Origin: Caldisericaceae bacterium
Lineage (GTDB): Bacteria > Caldisericota > Caldisericia > Caldisericales > Caldisericaceae
Assembly (NCBI GenBank): GCA_049967855.1
Contig: JBMFRX010000002.1
Span: forward strand, 1-64,000
Length of the DNA stretch: 64,000 nucleotides
Direction of reading: 5' to 3'
The translations under genes were made by a program, and so were the position numbers. This document shows positions 8,870-18,271 of the stretch, piece after piece. Position 1 is the first letter of the stretch. The number at the start of each line of letters is the position of its first letter. The notes under the pieces were generated by a model, which saw nothing but the letters and a program-made list of their open reading frames with translations, did not search any database and was not told where the DNA came from.

Positions 8870-9502
8870 AAATCCACGTTCTTCCCAATAGCCCTTGTAG
8901 TTAGGATCATTTGTTAATTCAATTTTTGTAACCCACTTTGCCCACTTATAGCCGTATTTTGATTCAGCAACAACTCTGAAAGGAAATCCATGGTCCTCAG
9001 GGAGTGTAACTCCATTCATCTTGTATGCAAGTAGAATTTTTTCAGCCTTGATGTAATCTAAAGGAAGAGACGTAGTGTAGCCGTCTGAAGAATAGAAAAC
9101 TACCGTATTTGCATCTTTATAGACCTGGGCATCATTTATCAAGTCTTCTATGAGGACGCCCTCCCATAGTATTTTTGCGCTCCAGCCTTCGACACAATTC
9201 AGAGTGACAACTTTTGTATAAGATTGATATTTGTTAATAACTTCATCGTAGGTGTAGCTTATTTTATTTTTCGCAAGCCCTTCAACAGATAGTTTGTAGT
9301 TTGAGACGTCAATTTTTTGTACACCCTTTATACCTAAAGCAGGTGTTTCAGAAATTGGAGTAAGTTTTTCTCCTTTGTAGTTATCAACTTCTATTCCAGG
9401 AAGGCTTTGAGAAACGTTTGCCTTTGGCTTGGAAAGAGAAATTAAAGCTAAAATCGCAATGATACTTATTACCACAAAAATCGCTATTTGAGTTTTTTTC
9501 AT
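8840..9502 (-). CDS. Molybdopterin-dependent oxidoreductase, sulfite oxidase/MsrP-like, membrane anchored
   Basis: LNCVEGWS, LAYKMNG..LP..HGFPFR, YGYKWAKWV, GYWEERG. Confidence 0.85.
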   Translation of the reverse strand: MKKTQIAIFVVISIIAILALISLSKPKANVSQSLPGIEVDNYKGEKLTPISETPALGIKGVQKIDVSNYKLSVEGLAKNKISYTYDEVINKYQSYTKVVTLNCVEGWSAKILWEGVLIEDLINDAQVYKDANTVVFYSSDGYTTSLPLDYIKAEKILLAYKMNGVTLPEDHGFPFRVVAESKYGYKWAKWVTKIELTNDPNYKGYWEERGFSNDANISTP

Positions 9503-9699
9503 TTTTACCTCGTAGTTAATTATAACTACTTTAGAAGAATTACAAAAACAAGCATAGATTCATTTATGACTATTTTCAAGCAATTCAAAAGCTCATTGAC
9601 ATATACCCAAGAATGCTTTGAGATGACATTTACCTTGGGTACAGAGGCTCATATTTTAATGCAAGTTGATTTAGTTGGTAACAGGTAATTTATGATTGC

Positions 9700-10308
9700 T
9701 TAAGGATTTCTAAACCTGAAAGCAAATGACTCAAACGCACTGAATAATTCTATTCTGTGTGCAAACAGTAAAAGCAAAGCATTAATTGACCAGACCAAGA
9801 AGAGACTCTTGAAATAGATAAAAACCAAAATACCTGTTGCAAGAAAAGCCACGTTTATTCTGATAGCATTATATTCGGGACTCTCTTCGTAGTTTTTGTG
9901 GAATATCAATATAAAAACAACAACCATTGCCGCAAAGAAAAGCGCAACCACAAAATTTGTCAAGGCAGTCCAGATTCCAAATGATACTGACACGCCTTTC
10001 CCGCCTTTGAACTTTAGAAACGGAGAAAACATATGCCCCAATAGAGGGGCAATAGCAATAATTGCAATTTGATATTCAGTTAATTGGTAATGGTTAATGA
10101 TGTAGTAAAGAGGAAAGGCGCCCTTTGAATAATCAAGCAGCGAACCTATCAGGCTCGCCTTAAGCCCGAGGGCTTTTTTCAGGTTGAATCCCCCTGGGTT
10201 GCCATCGCCAAAAGAACGTATGTCTTTGCCGAATATTTTCCCAATAAAGTAAGAAAACATAATGGAGCCACTCAAAAACTCAATCAAGAAAAGATATAAG
10301 ATTTTCAT
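9700..10308 (-). CDS. Glycerol-3-phosphate acyltransferase PlsY-like membrane protein (second paralog)
   Basis: DIRSFGDGNPGGFN, LDYSKG, GHMFSPFLKFKGGKGV. Confidence 0.8.
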   Translation of the reverse strand: MKILYLFLIEFLSGSIMFSYFIGKIFGKDIRSFGDGNPGGFNLKKALGLKASLIGSLLDYSKGAFPLYYIINHYQLTEYQIAIIAIAPLLGHMFSPFLKFKGGKGVSVSFGIWTALTNFVVALFFAAMVVVFILIFHKNYEESPEYNAIRINVAFLATGILVFIYFKSLFLVWSINALLLLFAHRIELFSAFESFAFRFRNP

Positions 10309-10525
10309 TTCCGCTCACCAAAAATATTATAGCAATGATTCTCTTTTATTGCAAGCATGCAAAGTATAAGATTTGATGAGCTGCAATTGGCATTTTTAGG
10401 TTTATTTGGAACAATATCAGCAAAGCGAGAAAATTGGGATTTGAAATAAAACTCCCAGTTCTTCAAGAGTATGAAGTTGCTCTTGCGGCCTATAGTGAAT
10501 CTGAATTAGCTTTATATTTGCAATG

Positions 10526-10987
10526 TCAAATCCGCTTTAGAAATTCCTCGACTTTTTCAGAATATAGATTCTTATTCATATCGTCTTCTTTTAGCATCAG
10601 CGAATCCATAGACTCTCTTCCGAGATATTTCCTGAATTTAAGTTGGAATTTCTTATTTCTCTCTCCAAAGCCCGACACCGATACAAGATAAACATCTTTA
10701 CCTTTCAACGAATCGTTATAGTCCTCAAGAAAAGATCTTACTGCGGCAGGAAGATTTCCCGCCCAAACAGGAGAAAGAATAAATATTTTGTCGTACGAGG
10801 CGATATCAGACTTAATGGGCTCAATTTTAACGTGTCGCTCTAGCATTGCATACATTCCGTCTCTTAGAAAACTCCTTTTTCCATTGTCCTGAATTCTTTC
10901 CAAATCACAATTGAGTTTTTCCTGCAAATTCTTTGCAACTTTCTCGTTTTGACCGCTTCCTGTAAAATACAAAATAAGTGTCTTCAT
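10526..10987 (-). CDS. Flavodoxin-family protein
   Basis: LILYFTGSGQNEKVA, YDKIFILSPVWAG. Confidence 0.8.
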   Translation of the reverse strand: MKTLILYFTGSGQNEKVAKNLQEKLNCDLERIQDNGKRSFLRDGMYAMLERHVKIEPIKSDIASYDKIFILSPVWAGNLPAAVRSFLEDYNDSLKGKDVYLVSVSGFGERNKKFQLKFRKYLGRESMDSLMLKEDDMNKNLYSEKVEEFLKRI

Positions 10988-11427
10988 ATTGTCTCTCCTT
11001 TTGGTTTGTCTATTAATCCTAATTTTTCGAGTCTGTGTGTAATTGCATTTATGCTTCTTGAAAACTCTTTTGAGAGTTGTTCTATGCTTTTGCCTTTAAT
11101 GTATTCTTCTTTGAGAAGTTTCTCTTCTTCAGTAGTCCAATTTTTGAATTCGTTGGGCGATTTAGCGATTACCTTCTCTCTATCGAAATGGCTTTCTGTG
11201 CGCTTCTCCATGAATTTTATTGCTTTCTGTATGGCCTTGTTGACGTCTTCAAGATGGTCATCGTAAATCATAACACTGTTTCTTGTAAGTGTCCCATCAT
11301 TGTTTTTAATCGACTCAGCAACAACAAGGTAAGAGGATCCTTTGGAAGCCTTCCTTACCGAGATAAAATAAGTTCTTTTGCCAGCGGTTACTTTTTCAAG
11401 AAGCAACTCTTTAATTTCCTCTTCCAT
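10984..11427 (-). CDS. PUR-alpha/DUF3276-like nucleic-acid-binding domain fused to a small Myb/HTH-like domain
   Basis: KVTAGKRTYFISVR..YLVVAES in the N-terminal half; WTTEEEKLL..SIEQLSKEFSRS..AI..RL in the C-terminal half. Confidence 0.6.
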   Translation of the reverse strand: MEEEIKELLLEKVTAGKRTYFISVRKASKGSSYLVVAESIKNNDGTLTRNSVMIYDDHLEDVNKAIQKAIKFMEKRTESHFDREKVIAKSPNEFKNWTTEEEKLLKEEYIKGKSIEQLSKEFSRSINAITHRLEKLGLIDKPKGETI

Positions 11428-11458
11428 TTAGCCCTCCATAAAGCTATTATTTGAAGAT

Positions 11459-11734
11459 TTACCCACCAGCAACAGGCGGGAAAATTGATATTTTGTCTCC
11501 ATCTTTAAGAGGAGTATCTCCTTTTTTCAAGAACTCCACATTGCGGCCATTCAACAAGTATATGTAATCGCTTTTAAGATTAAGTTCATCATCGAGTATT
11601 TCGCCTCTCAAAGCAGGATATTGTTGAGAAAGTTTTTGTACCGCCTCTATTACGGTATTGGCATCTAACTCAGCCACTCCGTCCTTGAATTTTTCCCTTA
11701 TTGTCGCATACATCTTAATTATTATCTTTGCCAT
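11459..11734 (-). CDS. MoaD/ThiS-family ubiquitin-like sulfur carrier
   Basis: C-terminal LKDGDKISIFPPVAGG; start placed at ATG 11734 (MAKIIIK), 6 nt after TATACT. Confidence 0.85.
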   Translation of the reverse strand: MAKIIIKMYATIREKFKDGVAELDANTVIEAVQKLSQQYPALRGEILDDELNLKSDYIYLLNGRNVEFLKKGDTPLKDGDKISIFPPVAGG

Positions 11735-11801
11735 ATTAATAGTATACAACAAATTCGGCTATAAGCTAAAGCAATTTGGAAATTGAATAGTTATTGAATT
11801 A

Positions 11802-11829
11802 AATTGCCCCTGTTTTTGCAGGGGCAATT
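11802..11829 (-). terminator. Stem-loop terminator after the aminotransferase
   Basis: AATTGCCCCTG-loop-CAGGGGCAATT, 11-bp perfect stem. Confidence 0.7.
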
Positions 11830-11845
11830 AGCTATCAGATAATTC

Positions 11846-13057
11846 TTAGTGTATTTTCTTCTTAAGAAGATTCCCCAGTCTTCTTATACCCTCGTCAATC
11901 TGTTCAGGAGTTGAAAGAGTAAAGTTGAGTCTCATATGATGCTTGTCTTCCCCATAAGGGTAAAAGGCGCTTCCTATAACGTAGGCAACTTTTTCCTGTA
12001 CAGCCTCTATGAAAAGAGCGTCAGTATCAATGTATTCAGGCACCGATGCCCATACGAACATTCCACCGTGAGGTTTTGTCCAGCTGCAGCCTGCGGGGAA
12101 ATACTTCTCAAGAGCAGAAAGCATAGCATCTTTCTTAATTTTGTAGTTCTTGCGAACCAATTCAAGATAACTGTCAAGGTGGCCATCTCTTATAAACTTG
12201 TCAGCAATATATTGTGTAAGAGATGGAGAGCACAAGTCGGCTCCTTGCTTTGCAATGGATATTTTTTTGATAACTTCGGTATCAGCTATAATCCAGCCAA
12301 GCCTGAGTCCAGGTGCAAGTATTTTGGAGAAGGTCCTCAAGGCAATAACGTTGCCAATTTTATCAAGTTCGATGAGTGAGGGAAGTTTTTCTCCTTCAAA
12401 GTAAATGTCTCCATAAGGATCATCTTCAAGTATTATTAAATTACTTTTGTGGCTGATATCAAGAAGTTTTTTTCTGCGCTCAAGAGTCATTGTAACTCCT
12501 GCAGGGTTTTGGAAATTTGGTATTACGTAGATAAATTTGGGGTTGATTCCTTTGTTTGCCAAATCATCTAAAGTAGATTGAAGAGCATCAGTATTTAGAC
12601 CGTCTTCGTCAAGTGGCACTGTAACAAAATTTGCCTGTACAGCATGAAACGCTTGCAAACCTCCAACGTAAGTTGGCGCCTCAACCAAAATTGTGTCGCC
12701 AGGGTCAACAAAGATTCTTCCCACAAGGTCAAGGCCTTGCTGAGAAGCTGTTGTAACCAGGACATTGTCAATTGCTACACTATCGATTCCTTCTTTGTGA
12801 GCTAGATTTACGATTGTTTCTCTAAGCGGTTGTATTCCTTCGGTTGGTCCATACTGCAAAGCTTTTCCACCGTGATTTACAGTGACATCTTTTGCAATTT
12901 CTCCAAGAATCTCCTTTGGAAAGAGTGTAGGATCAGGCATTCCACCTGCAAGTGAAATAATTTCTGGATTGTTGATGAGGTTTAAAAGCTCCCTTATTGC
13001 CGAAGCCTTCATTCCTTTACTGCGAGTCGAAAATTTTTCGCCCCATTCGATTCCCAT
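11846..13057 (-). CDS. PLP-dependent class I aminotransferase (LysN/2-aminoadipate-aromatic type)
   Basis: IISLAGGMP, LQYGPTEG, PNFQNPAG, EDDPY, TFSKILAPGLRLGW. Confidence 0.9.
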   Translation of the reverse strand: MGIEWGEKFSTRSKGMKASAIRELLNLINNPEIISLAGGMPDPTLFPKEILGEIAKDVTVNHGGKALQYGPTEGIQPLRETIVNLAHKEGIDSVAIDNVLVTTASQQGLDLVGRIFVDPGDTILVEAPTYVGGLQAFHAVQANFVTVPLDEDGLNTDALQSTLDDLANKGINPKFIYVIPNFQNPAGVTMTLERRKKLLDISHKSNLIILEDDPYGDIYFEGEKLPSLIELDKIGNVIALRTFSKILAPGLRLGWIIADTEVIKKISIAKQGADLCSPSLTQYIADKFIRDGHLDSYLELVRKNYKIKKDAMLSALEKYFPAGCSWTKPHGGMFVWASVPEYIDTDALFIEAVQEKVAYVIGSAFYPYGEDKHHMRLNFTLSTPEQIDEGIRRLGNLLKKKIH

Positions 13058-13145
13058 AAAAGCCTCCTTTCAAGTATTTTGCCAGTTTATTATACAACTA
13101 TTTATTTATTTTCAAAGTGAATTATAATTAATCTGGTGAGGAGAA

Positions 13146-14579
13146 ATGGAGATTCAAAAAGTCGATGAATTCAAATATTTTGTTCCCAAATCTGGTGATA
13201 TGAATGTGCCTGCAGTTATTTACACTTCCCCAAAACTCTTTGCAGCGATTAGCAGAGATTTATCACTGTCTCAGTTGATTAATGTAACCAAATTGCCAGG
13301 CATAATCAACTATGCTATCGGAATGCCAGATATGCACCAGGGATATGCTTTTCCGATTGGAGGCGTTGCGGCTTTTGATTTGAGCGAAGGAGTTGTTTCG
13401 CCAGGCGGGGTTGGTTTTGATATAAATTGTGGAGTGAGAGTCATAAAGACAAATCTTAGATACGAAGACATCGAAGGATACCTTGACCTTCTCGGAAGAA
13501 CACTATTCAAGAATATTCCTTCAGGGGTTGGTTCACGGGGACTTGAGAAATTCACCGAATCGGAAACAATAGAAGCAATGAAGCTTGGTACAAGATGGGC
13601 AGTTGAGAAAGGATTTGGAGAGTTATACGATCAGGAATCGATAGAGGATTATGGTTCGTTGAACTACTCAGAGCCAGAGTCCGTAAGCAAAAAGGCTATT
13701 GACAGAGGTCGTGAGGAGCTGGGCACACTTGGAGCAGGGAACCACTTTATAGAAGTTGATTCGGTAAACAAGGTTTTTGATGAGTCCATTGCAGAAAAGT
13801 ACGGACTGTTTGAGGGGCAAATAGTGATATGGATACATACTGGCTCAAGGGGACTCGGTCATCAGATTGCCACTGATTATCTCGAAATGATGAGACCAAG
13901 AATGGATAAGTATAAAATACCTCTATTTGAGCATGATTTTGTATCTCTCCCAATAAGAGCAGATGAATCTCAAAGATACCTTGGAGCAATGGCAGCCGCC
14001 GCCAATTTTGCATGGGTTAATAGACAAATTATTACATATTATATACGTAAATCCTTTGAGCAAGTTTTCAAAATGCCTTTCGATAAGTTGGGAATGTCTG
14101 TTCTTTATGACGTTGCCCATAACATTGCAAAAACAGAACAATATGTGATAGGCGGAAAGGAAAGAAGCTTACTTATTCATAGGAAAGGTGCAACTCGTTC
14201 TTTCCCCAAAGAGCATAAGGCTCTCAATGGAATTTACAGGGAAGTTGGTCAACCTGTACTCTTGCCAGGTGATATGATGAGGGGCTCATATATTCTGGTG
14301 GGAAGTGAAAAATCAGTAAAAGAAAGCTTTGGGAGCGTTGCTCATGGCGCTGGAAGACTTTTAAGTAGAGGTAGCGCAGTTAAGCAGATAAGCTATGAGG
14401 AAGTTCAGAAAGAAATGCATCAAAGCAACATATTGCTTTTTGCGGCTGACAAAATTGTTGCTAGAGAAGAAGCCCCAATTGCTTACAAAAGTGTTGACGA
14501 TGTAATTGAGCCTATTGTCAAAGAAGGGCTTGCATCCACTGTTGTGCGCACAAAACCTGTTCTTGTGGTGAAAGGATAG
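13146..14579 (+). CDS. rtcB: RNA-splicing ligase RtcB
   Basis: MPDMHQGYAFPIG, GFDINCG, GNHFIE, HTGSRG, HRKGAT, HGAGR, EEAPIAYK. Confidence 0.95.
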   Translation: MEIQKVDEFKYFVPKSGDMNVPAVIYTSPKLFAAISRDLSLSQLINVTKLPGIINYAIGMPDMHQGYAFPIGGVAAFDLSEGVVSPGGVGFDINCGVRVIKTNLRYEDIEGYLDLLGRTLFKNIPSGVGSRGLEKFTESETIEAMKLGTRWAVEKGFGELYDQESIEDYGSLNYSEPESVSKKAIDRGREELGTLGAGNHFIEVDSVNKVFDESIAEKYGLFEGQIVIWIHTGSRGLGHQIATDYLEMMRPRMDKYKIPLFEHDFVSLPIRADESQRYLGAMAAAANFAWVNRQIITYYIRKSFEQVFKMPFDKLGMSVLYDVAHNIAKTEQYVIGGKERSLLIHRKGATRSFPKEHKALNGIYREVGQPVLLPGDMMRGSYILVGSEKSVKESFGSVAHGAGRLLSRGSAVKQISYEEVQKEMHQSNILLFAADKIVAREEAPIAYKSVDDVIEPIVKEGLASTVVRTKPVLVVKG

Positions 14580-14584
14580 CGTTG

Positions 14585-15424
14585 ATGATACTTGGAGCTC
14601 ACGTTTCAATTGCTGGTGGAATATCAAATGCGCCTGTAAATGCGCACGATGCAACCTGTGATACTATTCAAATATTCACCAAAAACCAGATGCAATGGAA
14701 GGTGCCTCCGCTAAACAGAGAAGAAATACGTCTGTTTAAGCAAAGAATGAAGAAGTATAGAATTGCCTCTGGAACAGTTCATTCATCATATCTTGTTAAT
14801 ATTGCCTCGGCCAATGAAGAAATTAGGAGTCGCTCTATCGAGGACCTTGCCCGTGAACTTGAAAGAGCAGATGAGCTTGGGATTCCTTATGTTGTTTTCC
14901 ATCCAGGTGCACATAAAGGAATGGGAGAGAAAGAAGGTTTGAATAAAGTTGGTATAAGCATTAAAGAGATTGTTAACGCTAGCAAATCAAGAAAATCTCT
15001 CCTCTTGCTTGAGACAACTGCAGGTGAAGGGACAACTCTTGGATACACTTTTGAGCAGCTTGCGGAAATTTTGCACATTGCAGGTGAATCACGAATCGGA
15101 GTTTGCCTTGACACTTGCCATATTTTTGCTGCAGGATATGACATACGCGATGAAAAATCGTATAATACTACAATGTCTTCGTTTGATAGGACTATAGGAC
15201 TCAAATTCTTGAAAGCTATTCACCTTAATGATTCGAAACGTGAACTTGGTTCACGAATGGACAGGCACGAGGAGATAGGTCTTGGCAAGATTGGTGTCAA
15301 AGCGTTTAGCCTCTTTGTAAACGACGAAAGACTCTCAAATATCCCAGGAATACTTGAAACGCCAGGCGGCATTGAAGGTTATAAGAAAAATCTTAACATT
15401 CTAAGGGGGTTGATTAAAAGATGA
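14585..15424 (+). CDS. nfo: Endonuclease IV
   Basis: GAHVSIAGG, HSSYLVN, HPG, LETTAG, CLDTCH, HLNDSK, DRHE, ETP. Confidence 0.95.
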   Translation: MILGAHVSIAGGISNAPVNAHDATCDTIQIFTKNQMQWKVPPLNREEIRLFKQRMKKYRIASGTVHSSYLVNIASANEEIRSRSIEDLARELERADELGIPYVVFHPGAHKGMGEKEGLNKVGISIKEIVNASKSRKSLLLLETTAGEGTTLGYTFEQLAEILHIAGESRIGVCLDTCHIFAAGYDIRDEKSYNTTMSSFDRTIGLKFLKAIHLNDSKRELGSRMDRHEEIGLGKIGVKAFSLFVNDERLSNIPGILETPGGIEGYKKNLNILRGLIKR

Positions 15425-16083
15425 GTACAATTAAACAAAATGTGGAAAGGCTACTTTCTGAAATTCCAAATAACGTTCTATTGTTGGCGGCAGTTAAAGG
15501 AACAAGCGCATCAGAGGTAAATGAGGCAATAGATGCTGGTATAAGAGCCATTGGTGAAAATTACCTGCAAGATGCTATATCAAAATTTGATGCCGTTGGG
15601 CATTCTGTTGAATGGCATTTTATAGGGCACATTCAGGAAAGAAAAATCAAGAAAATAGTTGAGATGTTTGACTTAATTGAAACGGTGGATTCTTACAAGT
15701 TAGCTTTGGAGATAGACAGACAGTGCAAGATTGCTAGCAAGAAGATGCCAATTTTTATTGAAGTCAACAGTGCCAAAGAACCCCAAAAGTCTGGAGTGCT
15801 TCCAGAAGAAGTGAAAGATTTGGTTGAGGAGATATCAAAACTTGGAAATGTTGACATACAAGGGCTAATGACAATGGGTCCTGCGGGTAAAACAGGCGAG
15901 GACATCAGGCCTTATTTTAAATTGACAAGAAATCTTTTTGAATCAATCAACAAAGCTTGTTCACCTGTCGTCAGAATGAAATATCTTTCAATGGGGATGT
16001 CAGATTCTTACAAAGTGGCTATCGAAGAAGGAGCAAATATAGTTCGCATTGGTACGTTGATATTTGGCCCTCGTGAGATATGA
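15421..16083 (+). CDS. yggS: Pyridoxal-phosphate homeostasis protein YggS
   Basis: GENYLQ, WHFIGHIQ, GLMTM, LSMGMSDSY..AIEEGA..VRIG. Confidence 0.93.
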   Translation: MSTIKQNVERLLSEIPNNVLLLAAVKGTSASEVNEAIDAGIRAIGENYLQDAISKFDAVGHSVEWHFIGHIQERKIKKIVEMFDLIETVDSYKLALEIDRQCKIASKKMPIFIEVNSAKEPQKSGVLPEEVKDLVEEISKLGNVDIQGLMTMGPAGKTGEDIRPYFKLTRNLFESINKACSPVVRMKYLSMGMSDSYKVAIEEGANIVRIGTLIFGPREI

Positions 16084-16086
16084 TGA

Positions 16087-16638
16087 CTATCGTTTCTTCT
16101 TCAGGAATTCAAAAACAAAAAAGCATAATCCAATGGTAAGTATGACGTCGCCGATGCTGTACACCCCTGCGTACGGCTTAAGGAAAGTTGGAGCAATTAT
16201 GTCTCCTAAGAAATTGAGATGAGTCTTTGCAGACATAATCGTGCCATTGTAATAAGAGCCATATTTCTGAAGCAGATTAATCTTTTCAAACTCACCAATG
16301 AGCTGTAATTTTGATATATCTTGTGGCATGTAGCCACCATTAGCAACAATGACAGCTGTGTTGAGCAAGAAGCCTATAAGAATGATTCTTATCCCTGTAT
16401 ATTTTAGGTTAATCAGGACCACAATAAGCAACATCAAAAGAGAAAGCATATAAAGGTATGGGGTGAAGAAGGCAAAATTAGAGGAAGCAAATTTGTCGTT
16501 GAATATAAAAAACTGTAACGCAAACCCTAGAAGTATCAACGCAAAACCTTTGAACTGCTTGTTTTCAACTCCTCTAATGCCCTTGTTAATTACAATTGCA
16601 AAGACTGTAACTATTACAACTGCTGCTGCGAGAACCAT
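16087..16638 (-). CDS. DUF5317-family membrane protein
   Basis: G..LN...ANGGYMP, L.FLGDII and YSIGDVI motifs; overlaps the 3' end of the HD-GYP gene by 25 bp. Confidence 0.8.
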   Translation of the reverse strand: MVLAAAVVIVTVFAIVINKGIRGVENKQFKGFALILLGFALQFFIFNDKFASSNFAFFTPYLYMLSLLMLLIVVLINLKYTGIRIILIGFLLNTAVIVANGGYMPQDISKLQLIGEFEKINLLQKYGSYYNGTIMSAKTHLNFLGDIIAPTFLKPYAGVYSIGDVILTIGLCFFVFEFLKKKR

Positions 16639-17957
16639 GCCTCTATCTTTGAACGTGCGTCATCTATTATATCTTGATATTTCTGTTTATTTTCTCTCAC
16701 CATTTTTATAAAAACATCTGCAATATGAGGGTCAAATTGTGTTCCCCTGTTTGCATAAACTTCATCGAGAGCCTCGTCAATTGTTCTTGGATTTTTCTTG
16801 TAGTTCCTTGGAGTGGTCATAGTATCAAAAGCATCTACAACTGCAATTATTCGGGCACCAAGTGGAATTTGTTCGTTTGGAAAATTATCCGGGTAGCCAG
16901 TTCCGTCGTACCTCTCGTGATGGTGTCTTATCAGGTTGGCGCCTTTTCTAAACCTGGTGAGGGAGCCTGCAATTTTGGCACCATCTACAGGGTGAAGCTT
17001 GATAACTTCATACTCTTCATGGGTTAGCTTTGCTTTCTTTTGAAGGATTTTATCTGGAATCGCAATTTTGCCTATATCATGAAGCTTTGCACTCATTACT
17101 ACAACATTTGCTACATCCTCATCCACATTTAACGCATCGCAAAGGTCTCTTGTAATCTTTGCAACTCTATCGGAGTGAAACATAGTGTCAGGAATTCTTG
17201 CATCTACAACTGCAGCTAGAGCGTATAAAGCTTGTTCTGTTTCTTGAGTAACCTGCACATCGCGCTTAAGAGCAAAATACACCGCAATAAATGTAGGAAT
17301 TATAAAAAGATTCATTAATGGCTGTGTTTGAAAAAAGAAGATGATTACAAGTCCAAGGAAGAAAAGTGCTAAAAGCGTGAAAAAAACTTTTTTCATATTT
17401 TTATACCAGAAAGGAAAAAAGGGTCTATTGTTAAGTATTGAAAGGAGCCCAAAAAGAGACACAGAATCTAATATTAAATCAATTAAGAAAGCAGTTATTA
17501 CGATAAGGAGATTGTGCGGAGTAACAAGCTGTGTGCTGAAAGAGTAATTGCCGTAGAAAAATAAGCTTGTGACGCCTATTTCTAGACCTATTTTTGAACT
17601 ATTGAAAAACAACTTTACAGGTTGTTTCTTCGTAATTGTGTCTGATAATAACGTGGAAGTAAATGCCAAAACGAATGCAATTAACGGGTTAAACAAGAGT
17701 GCTACTGCGAAATTTATTGCAAATGTAAGTGTTATCTCAGCCTTATTTTCAGAAGCATCAATTGAATAAACTATCGGGAATAAATCAGCTAAAATATCTG
17801 CGGCTATTAAGCACAAAATTATTACTACTGTCTTTGTCGAGTGTAGACTGTCTATAAAATTTGTTTTGAACATTACAGCAAAAACTGCAAATACAACAGC
17901 AAAAATCAACCACTCCAAAGCTATAAACAGCCTTGCCTTAACAGGAAGTTCTTTCAT
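16614..17957 (-). CDS. Multi-TM sensor fused to an HD-GYP cyclic-dinucleotide phosphodiesterase domain
   Basis: ~230-aa hydrophobic N-terminus; HSDRV, LHDIGK, HP..G, HHERYDGTGYP, DAFDTMT..R.Y, GTQFDP. Confidence 0.9.
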   Translation of the reverse strand: MKELPVKARLFIALEWLIFAVVFAVFAVMFKTNFIDSLHSTKTVVIILCLIAADILADLFPIVYSIDASENKAEITLTFAINFAVALLFNPLIAFVLAFTSTLLSDTITKKQPVKLFFNSSKIGLEIGVTSLFFYGNYSFSTQLVTPHNLLIVITAFLIDLILDSVSLFGLLSILNNRPFFPFWYKNMKKVFFTLLALFFLGLVIIFFFQTQPLMNLFIIPTFIAVYFALKRDVQVTQETEQALYALAAVVDARIPDTMFHSDRVAKITRDLCDALNVDEDVANVVVMSAKLHDIGKIAIPDKILQKKAKLTHEEYEVIKLHPVDGAKIAGSLTRFRKGANLIRHHHERYDGTGYPDNFPNEQIPLGARIIAVVDAFDTMTTPRNYKKNPRTIDEALDEVYANRGTQFDPHIADVFIKMVRENKQKYQDIIDDARSKIEAWFSQQQL

Positions 17958-18064
17958 AACAACTTATTATAAACAAAAAGCCAAAAACAAAGAAATATCT
18001 CCCTTACCTTATTCTCTCCTCATATATTAAACTAGTAAGAAGTTTTCTTTTAGATTTTTACTTC

Positions 18065-18151
18065 TTAATGCCACTTAAGGCTTGCTGCAACTGACATTAC
18101 AAACAGTGCTACTCCAAGAATCAATGCTAAAACTTTGCTTCCCCACTTCAT
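18065..18151 (-). CDS. 28-aa signal-peptide-like precursor MKWGSKVLALILGVALFVMSVAASLKWH (downstream copy)
   Basis: Manual translation; GGAAGGTGA RBS 5 nt before ATG; TAA stop; basic N-terminus, hydrophobic core, V-A-A, then SLKWH. Confidence 0.8.
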   Translation of the reverse strand: MKWGSKVLALILGVALFVMSVAASLKWH

Positions 18152-18184
18152 TTCATTCACCTTCCTTTTTTAGATTTTTACTTC

Positions 18185-18271
18185 TTAATGCCACTTAAGG
18201 CTTGCTGCAACTGACATTACAAACAGTGCTACTCCAAGAATCAATGCTAAAACTTTGCTTCCCCACTTCAT
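18185..18271 (-). CDS. 28-aa signal-peptide-like precursor MKWGSKVLALILGVALFVMSVAASLKWH (upstream copy)
   Basis: Identical in nucleotide sequence to 18065-18151, with its own RBS. Confidence 0.8.
   Translation of the reverse strand: MKWGSKVLALILGVALFVMSVAASLKWH

Noticed and set aside
13146..14579. Intein in RtcB (RecA and DnaE also checked)
   Set aside because: Lengths are normal and motifs are contiguous; DnaE reads FAGYGFNKAH without an insertion.
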